This document shows positions 48,398 to 53,590 of a DNA stretch of 53,590 nt, piece by piece. The notes beneath the pieces are model-generated. The model saw only the letters and a list, made by a program, of their open reading frames with translations, was not told where the DNA came from and ran no database searches. The stretch comes from an uncultured Planctomycetia bacterium (GTDB taxonomy: Bacteria; Omnitrophota; Gorgyraeia; 2-02-FULL-51-18), in assembly GCA_964374005.1 (NCBI GenBank), contig CAYJXB010000002.1, positions 1 to 53,590 on the forward strand, given 5' to 3'. Numbering within the stretch: position 1 is the stretch's first letter; each line of letters starts with the position of its first letter. A program made the translations under genes and the position numbers.

Positions 48398-49081
48398 TTG
48401 GAAGCATTGAAGCGCGTGATCTTGTGCTCGTTGATTTTTTTTACGGCGGCCAATGCCTTCGCCGGCCATAAGGCCGGCCGGCCTTTGGCCGGCGGCATCG
48501 AATACGCGAAAGTCTTGGACGCGACCGGCACCGCGGAGATTTATTCCGCTCCCGGTTCTGAATGGCGCCCAATCCTTAAGGACTCTTTCTTGGAGAATGG
48601 AAACGTGGTACGGACGGGCCTGGGAAGCGAGATACACTTGGTGTTGGACTCCAATCTTGGAAGTGCGGCGAGGATCGGAGGAAACTCCCGCGCGCGGTTT
48701 TTGACCGTTCGGCCTTTCGAGATCGTCTTGGAGCAAGGCGTTTTTTTTATTTTCAATGACAGAACGACCGCGGATTCCGAGCCGCCGCTGATCATCCAGA
48801 CAAAAGATGTTTCGATAGCTCTGAAGTTCGGTGGATGTCAGGTCATTTCCTCGAATGGGGGATTGTTGATAAAAGTTTTCGCCGATCATGCAGAAGTTTC
48901 AATCAGGGCGTCCGACAATCAAAAAACCGTCTCCCAAACGGTCCGCGAGGGATTCAAGTGTTTCGTCAGCCGTTCCACAAGCCGCCTGTCATTAAAACGG
49001 ATGACCTATCGTGATTACGACGATTGGCAGGTTTGGATCCAGAAAATGGCCGGGGTTAAAGATGTCCTCATGGACGAATAA
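48398..49081 (+). CDS. Secreted FecR-domain-like protein
   Basis: Signal peptide ending ANAFA. GNVVRTGLGSEIHLVLDSNLGSAARIGGNS resembles the FecR fold pattern. Confidence 0.5.
   Translation: MEALKRVILCSLIFFTAANAFAGHKAGRPLAGGIEYAKVLDATGTAEIYSAPGSEWRPILKDSFLENGNVVRTGLGSEIHLVLDSNLGSAARIGGNSRARFLTVRPFEIVLEQGVFFIFNDRTTADSEPPLIIQTKDVSIALKFGGCQVISSNGGLLIKVFADHAEVSIRASDNQKTVSQTVREGFKCFVSRSTSRLSLKRMTYRDYDDWQVWIQKMAGVKDVLMDE
48461..48493. repeat. 33-nt GC-rich palindromic element, copy 4 (in frame)
   Basis: gccggccataaggccggccggcctttggccggc = AGHKAGRPLAG, directly after the signal peptide. Confidence 0.9.
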
Positions 49082-50558
49082 AAACTCCGCCGTTTTATTC
49101 TTGGCGACGGTGTTGCTTTCCTCATTTTTGTTCTTTTTTAAACTGGGGGACAGAAGCTTCCGAAATCCGGACGAGGGGCGGTATGCCGCGATTGCCAAGG
49201 AAATGGTCCTTCGAAATGACTGGGTCGAACCGCGGCTCTACGGGATAGATTATCTCAAGAAACCTATTCTTTTTTACTGGCTCCTGGCGATCTCGTTCAA
49301 GATTTTTGGATTCAGCGAGTTTGCCGCCCGTTTGGTACCAGCCTTGTTTGGCATCTTGGGTGTCTGCATGACTTTTTTTTTCGCAAAAAGAGTCTTTGAC
49401 GCCAACGTCGCTTTTTACGCGGCGCTTATTTTAACCACCAATTTTTGGTATCTTCAAGTAGGACGCTATTTGTTGATCGATATGCTTTTTTCATTTTTGG
49501 CGGTCGCGGCGCTCTATTCGTTCTATCTTGCGAGAATCGAAGGCCGCCATCGCAAGACGTATAATCTTTTATTTTATGCCTCTGTTTCTCTCGCTTTTCT
49601 TACCAAAGGGGTGATCGGCATCGCCATTCCGGGAGTGGCCGTTGTTTTGTACATGATCACTCACCGGCAATTTGTAAAGCTTCTGTCTGAAATGGACCTG
49701 GCGGCGGGCGCCTTGATTTTTGCATTGATCGTTCTCCCATGGTTCGTTCTGATTTCTTTAAAAGAGCCTGAATTTATCCGTATATTCTTTTTTCACGAAC
49801 ACTGGACGCGCTTTGTCTCCAGTCAATTTGAGCATCAGGAGGGATGGTATTATTATTTTCTTGCCGTCCCTGTTTTGCTGCTGCCGTGGACGCTATTCGT
49901 GGTGCCGCTCACCCGTTCTTTTTCCGTCGTTAAGGACAAAGCCGCCCGTGTGCCGCACGTATTTTTACTCGGGTCTGCGTTAGGTCTCGTTATTTTTTTC
50001 TCGCTCTCCAGATCAAAATTGCCGACTTACATTCTTCCGTGCATTCCGCTCTTTTCGGTTTTTTTGGGGTATGCCTTGGCCCAGTCAAGCGCAAAGAAAT
50101 TGTTTTATGCCCTGATTACGGCCATGGTTCTCATTTCGATTCCGATCGCTTATCTCATGGAAAAATTCAATCGAAATTACACGACGAAACCTTTTGCGCA
50201 AACGCTGCGCCCTTTGTTGAAAGCCGATGATCCCGTGTTTATTTACGATCATCCGGGACCTTTTTATGATTTTCGCTTCTACTTGGATCATCCGGTCAAA
50301 TTGATAGGCCTCGAAGGGGAATTCAGATATCTGGATGAGAACCTCAATGCCCGGCTGGCGAAGGATGAAAAAGAGTCCTGGATCACGCGCGAAGAGTTTT
50401 ATGAAATGCTGAAGCAGGGAAAGAAATTATATTGTCTGATCCGACGCTCTGATTTTTCGGAGATGGATCCGGAGATCCTTAAACAAACGCTTATCTTGAG
50501 CCAGGATGAGCGTAAGATACTCTTTTCCAGCGGTGGAAAAAAGGAGGTGGTGGGGTGA
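49062..50558 (+). CDS. ArnT/PMT-like membrane glycosyltransferase (GT39/GT83 type)
   Basis: RNPDEGRYAAIAKEM, KPILFYWL, about 11 TM segments. Start taken at MSSWTNK. Confidence 0.7.
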   Translation: MSSWTNKNSAVLFLATVLLSSFLFFFKLGDRSFRNPDEGRYAAIAKEMVLRNDWVEPRLYGIDYLKKPILFYWLLAISFKIFGFSEFAARLVPALFGILGVCMTFFFAKRVFDANVAFYAALILTTNFWYLQVGRYLLIDMLFSFLAVAALYSFYLARIEGRHRKTYNLLFYASVSLAFLTKGVIGIAIPGVAVVLYMITHRQFVKLLSEMDLAAGALIFALIVLPWFVLISLKEPEFIRIFFFHEHWTRFVSSQFEHQEGWYYYFLAVPVLLLPWTLFVVPLTRSFSVVKDKAARVPHVFLLGSALGLVIFFSLSRSKLPTYILPCIPLFSVFLGYALAQSSAKKLFYALITAMVLISIPIAYLMEKFNRNYTTKPFAQTLRPLLKADDPVFIYDHPGPFYDFRFYLDHPVKLIGLEGEFRYLDENLNARLAKDEKESWITREEFYEMLKQGKKLYCLIRRSDFSEMDPEILKQTLILSQDERKILFSSGGKKEVVG

Positions 50559-50630
50559 CCCCACCACCTGTTTTCTACGATTGCTCCAAGCAATCGGTCC
50601 GCTTTGCGGACAAAACAAGTGGTGGGGTGA
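50547..50630. repeat. CCCCACCAC/GTGGTGGGG junction element, copy C, flanked by 12-nt direct repeats
   Basis: GTGGTGGGGTGA (50547-558) - CCCCACCACCTGTTTT ... ggtccgc-ttt-gcggac ... AAAACAA - GTGGTGGGGTGA (50619-630). Confidence 0.85.
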
Positions 50631-51556
50631 TCGCGACCATCACGCTCAACCCGTCGATTGACCAGCACATCGTCGTCGAGGGTCTCCGCAAGGATGACGC
50701 CAACCGCGCCCGGTCTATTTTCCGCTATCCGGGCGGCAAGGGGATCAATGTCTCCAAGGTGGTCAGAGAATTGGAAGGCAAGACGCATGCCTACGCGCTG
50801 GTCGGAGGTTTCCCGGGCGAACTCTTGGAGCAGCTTGTCCGGCGTCTGGATATCCCGTTTTCTCCGACGCCTGTCCATCAAGACACGCGAATTAATATGA
50901 TCATTACGGATCTGAAAGATCATACCCAGACCCGGATCAGCGCCCCCGGGCCTCGGGTACCGGAGCGCGATGTCCACCATTTTTTGAAACAGTTGCTTGG
51001 CGTGCGTCCCAAACCGTTTCTATGGGCGCTCGGAGGCAGCCTCTCGGCGAGAATGAAACCATCCACGTATCGGCTCTTTATCGCCGAGCTTCAGAAAAAC
51101 GGCGTGCCTTGTATTCTGGATACCGACAATGAGGCATTGACATCGGGGATCAAGGCCAGGCCTTTTATGATCAAGCCCAATGAGTATGAGATAGAACGTT
51201 TGATCGGGCATTCTTTAAAAACGACGCAGGGTTATTTTAAGGCCGCGCGATCGCTGGTAGGGCGGGGGGTGCGAATCGTGGTCGTCTCGCTTGGGAAAAA
51301 AGGCGCTTTGTTCGTCACGGAGAACGACAGTTTCCATGTCTTGACTCCCGATGTTCCCGTGACAAGCAAGGTGGGGGCCGGGGATTCTCTGATCGGCGGT
51401 TTCGCGCTGGGGCTTTATCGAAAGATGGGTTTAAGGGAAGCCGCCCGTTTTGGCGTCGCCGCCAGCACATCCGCCGTGATGAGAGAGGCCCCGCGGCTTT
51501 GTTCGCGCAAAGACATCCCTCATTTGCTGCCCCGGGTTCGCCTTCGCTCTTTGTAG
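50627..51556 (+). CDS. PfkB-family 1-phosphofructokinase/hexose kinase
   Basis: VIATITLNPSID, GGKGINVS, GAGDSLIGGF. The ORF-track start at 50555 adds 24 repeat-encoded residues. Confidence 0.8.
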   Translation: MIATITLNPSIDQHIVVEGLRKDDANRARSIFRYPGGKGINVSKVVRELEGKTHAYALVGGFPGELLEQLVRRLDIPFSPTPVHQDTRINMIITDLKDHTQTRISAPGPRVPERDVHHFLKQLLGVRPKPFLWALGGSLSARMKPSTYRLFIAELQKNGVPCILDTDNEALTSGIKARPFMIKPNEYEIERLIGHSLKTTQGYFKAARSLVGRGVRIVVVSLGKKGALFVTENDSFHVLTPDVPVTSKVGAGDSLIGGFALGLYRKMGLREAARFGVAASTSAVMREAPRLCSRKDIPHLLPRVRLRSL

Positions 51557-51605
51557 AAAAGAAAAAAAGTCTGTGCTAGAATAGTAACAAGAGGAGGGTT
51601 TTATC

Positions 51606-52148
51606 ATGCAGGTTGAAAATAGCGTTTCGAGTTTACAAGTAGGTCAGAAAGCCCCCGATTTTACGGGTCAGGCACTCTTGGCCGACGGCAGTTTCAAGGA
51701 CGTCAAGCTTTCCGATTATAAAGGAAGGTGGGTCGTATTGTTTTTCTATCCTCTGGATTTCACGTTTGTTTGCCCCACGGAAATCAAGAGCTTTGACAAG
51801 CACTACGCGGCGTTCAAAAAATTGGGCGCGGAAGTCATTGCCGTCAGCACGGACAGTGTTTATTCGCACAAGGCGTGGGTCGACAGCCAACTGGGAAAAA
51901 TACAGTTCCCCATGCTGGCGGATACCAACCACACGGTTTCCCGAAGCTTTAACGTACTGTTGGCCGATAAAGGTATCGCGCTTCGAGGCACGTTCATCAT
52001 TGATCCCAATGGCCTATTGAAATCGGCAGTCGTCAACGACCTTCCGGTGGGAAGAAGCGTCGAGGAAACTTTGCGTACTCTTCAAGCCCTCCAGACAGGC
52101 AAATTGACAGGCTGCGAGTGGAAGCCCGGCGAGAAGACACTGAACTAA
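51606..52148 (+). CDS. Typical 2-Cys peroxiredoxin (AhpC/Prx1 family)
   Basis: FYPLDFTFVCPTEI; resolving Cys in TGCEWKPGE. Confidence 0.9.
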   Translation: MQVENSVSSLQVGQKAPDFTGQALLADGSFKDVKLSDYKGRWVVLFFYPLDFTFVCPTEIKSFDKHYAAFKKLGAEVIAVSTDSVYSHKAWVDSQLGKIQFPMLADTNHTVSRSFNVLLADKGIALRGTFIIDPNGLLKSAVVNDLPVGRSVEETLRTLQALQTGKLTGCEWKPGEKTLN

Positions 52149-52151
52149 GCC

Positions 52152-53462
52152 TTGTCCAAAAAAGAATACTCCCTTCAGATCATCCGTACCCTTCGGAAAG
52201 AAGGGCACCAGGCCTATTTTGTGGGCGGATGCGTCAGAGATCTTCTGCTTAAAAAAAATCCCAAAGATTTTGATATTGCGACCGACGCTATCCCAAAACA
52301 GGTCGCGTCGATATTCCCAAAAACGATTCCGGTGGGGGCTCAATTCGGCGTCATGCTGGTCGTCGAAGGAGGCCAGACCTTCGAGGTGGCGACTTTCCGT
52401 GCCGATAAAGGATACCGGGACGGGCGCCATCCGGTCGGGGTACGGTTTACTGACGCGAAAGAAGACGCGCTGCGCCGCGATTTCACCGTCAATGGGCTTT
52501 TTTTTGATCCTATCACGCGGCAGGTCATGGACTGGGTGGAAGGCAAAAAGGACCTGAAGAAAAGAATCATCCGCGCGATCGGCGATCCCAAGAAGCGCTT
52601 TATGGAAGATAAGCTGCGCATGCTGCGCGCGGTCCGGTTTGCGAGCGTGTTGGGATTCAGGATCGAGCCGAAAACATTTTTAGCGATCAAGAAACTTTCC
52701 AAAAATATCCGCCAGGTCAGTCAAGAGCGCGTGAGGGATGAGCTCGTCAAGATGTTCACGGGTCCACACCCGGCCACGGCGCTTGAGCTTTTGGATAAAT
52801 CCGGGCTTTTGCCGGAAGTTTTGCCTGAGGTGGAAAAGATGAAGGGCGTTCAGCAGCCGAAGGCCTTTCATCCGGAAGGGGATGTGTTCATTCATACGAA
52901 GCTTTTGATGAAACAGCTTGAAAACGCGTCACCGGTACTGGCGTTTGGTTGCCTGTTGCATGATGTCGGGAAGCCCGCGACGTACCGGCGGTCGGACCGC
53001 ATCCGGTTTAACGGCCATGACCACGTCGGCGCCAAGATCACCGAAAAGGTTCTGGAGCGCCTCCGTTTTTCGAATGAGCTTAAAAATCAGATCGTGGCCT
53101 GCGTGGAAGGCCATATGCGCTTTAAGGACGTTCGATCCATGCGAGAAAGCACGCTCAAGAAATTCATGCAGCGCCAGACTTTCGAGACCGAGCTTGAGCA
53201 GCATCGAATTGATTGTTTGGCGAGCCACGGGGACCTCACGAACTGGCGATTTCTCAAAAAAAAGGCCCGCCAGTTCACCAAGGAAGACATTAGACCTACG
53301 CCATTGATCAATGGAAAGGATTTATTGGGGCTCGGGTTTGCGGAAGGCCCGTTGATCGGGAAGATTTTGAGAGCGGCGGAAGAAGCTCAATTGGAAAGAA
53401 AGGTCGCCACAAAAGAAGAAGCGTTAGAGTGGGTGAAGAGGGAATTTAAAAATAACCAATGA
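52152..53462 (+). CDS. cca: CCA-adding tRNA nucleotidyltransferase with HD domain
   Basis: GGCVRDLLL, DFDIAT, RDFTVNG, HD motif LLHDVGK. TTG start. Confidence 0.8.
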   Translation: MSKKEYSLQIIRTLRKEGHQAYFVGGCVRDLLLKKNPKDFDIATDAIPKQVASIFPKTIPVGAQFGVMLVVEGGQTFEVATFRADKGYRDGRHPVGVRFTDAKEDALRRDFTVNGLFFDPITRQVMDWVEGKKDLKKRIIRAIGDPKKRFMEDKLRMLRAVRFASVLGFRIEPKTFLAIKKLSKNIRQVSQERVRDELVKMFTGPHPATALELLDKSGLLPEVLPEVEKMKGVQQPKAFHPEGDVFIHTKLLMKQLENASPVLAFGCLLHDVGKPATYRRSDRIRFNGHDHVGAKITEKVLERLRFSNELKNQIVACVEGHMRFKDVRSMRESTLKKFMQRQTFETELEQHRIDCLASHGDLTNWRFLKKKARQFTKEDIRPTPLINGKDLLGLGFAEGPLIGKILRAAEEAQLERKVATKEEALEWVKREFKNNQ

Positions 53463-53514
53463 CCAAATCACAAGATCCAAATAAATTCCAATATCCAAAT
53501 TCGAAATTCCAAAG
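53451..53514. repeat. CCAA-rich unit, single copy (contains the cca stop codon)
   Basis: aataaccaatgaccaaatcacaagatccaaataaattccaatatccaaatt..., close to 46875.. and to the reverse complement of 33255-33303. Confidence 0.8.
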
Positions 53515-53590
53515 CCTAAAATAGTGATAGTTATTTTTGATAAAAATTAGTTGAAATTTTATAAAAGAATATGGTAGAGTGATGGGCATA

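Noticed and set aside
1-53590. rRNA, tRNA, integrase/transposase genes, prophage or CRISPR-Cas
   Set aside because: I recognised none on either strand. The intergenic regions are short and are accounted for by promoters, terminators and the small repeat families.

Overview
The first 21 kb is a single uninterrupted plus-strand ORF (18..20930, at least 6970 aa, reading frame still open at the 5-prime window edge). It is not an adhesin, RTX or NRPS/PKS-type giant gene. It is a chain of what look like full-length central-carbon enzymes: triosephosphate isomerase, isocitrate lyase, enoyl-CoA hydratase-like, malate synthase, PMM/PGM-like, cupin-type glucose-6-P isomerase, two copies of FBP aldolase/phosphatase (one degenerate), a histidine-phosphatase, and ATP-PEP carboxykinase. 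These are followed by CsrA-like RNA-binding modules and several unrecognisable modules. Almost every module boundary carries the same pentapeptide, G-A-R-L-A (21 copies, usually encoded GGCGCGCGGCTGGCG). This gives the ORF a polyprotein-like architecture, and I consider it the candidate novel system. The rest of the window (21-53.6 kb) is ordinary housekeeping from a Gram-negative-type bacterium: lpxA, sodC, livKHMGF, dacA-like, maf, greA, Rrf2/radical-SAM/hemY, a desaturase, an aa3-type cox operon with fused subunits I+III, dusB, typA, rluB, mgtE, a GT39 glycosyltransferase, a pfkB-family kinase, a peroxiredoxin and cca. It also holds three VapBC-type toxin-antitoxin pairs and several small repeat families. 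One is a 33-nt GC-rich palindrome inserted in frame in four unrelated genes. A second is a 68-78 nt CCCCACCAC...GTGGTGGGG element that sits exactly in three stop/start gene junctions. A third is a CCAA-rich unit of about 65 nt that follows three genes. A fourth is a GGGGTCAGACCCC palindrome at two loci. I recognised no rRNA, tRNA or CRISPR array. All functional calls come from motif reading of the translations, with no database search.
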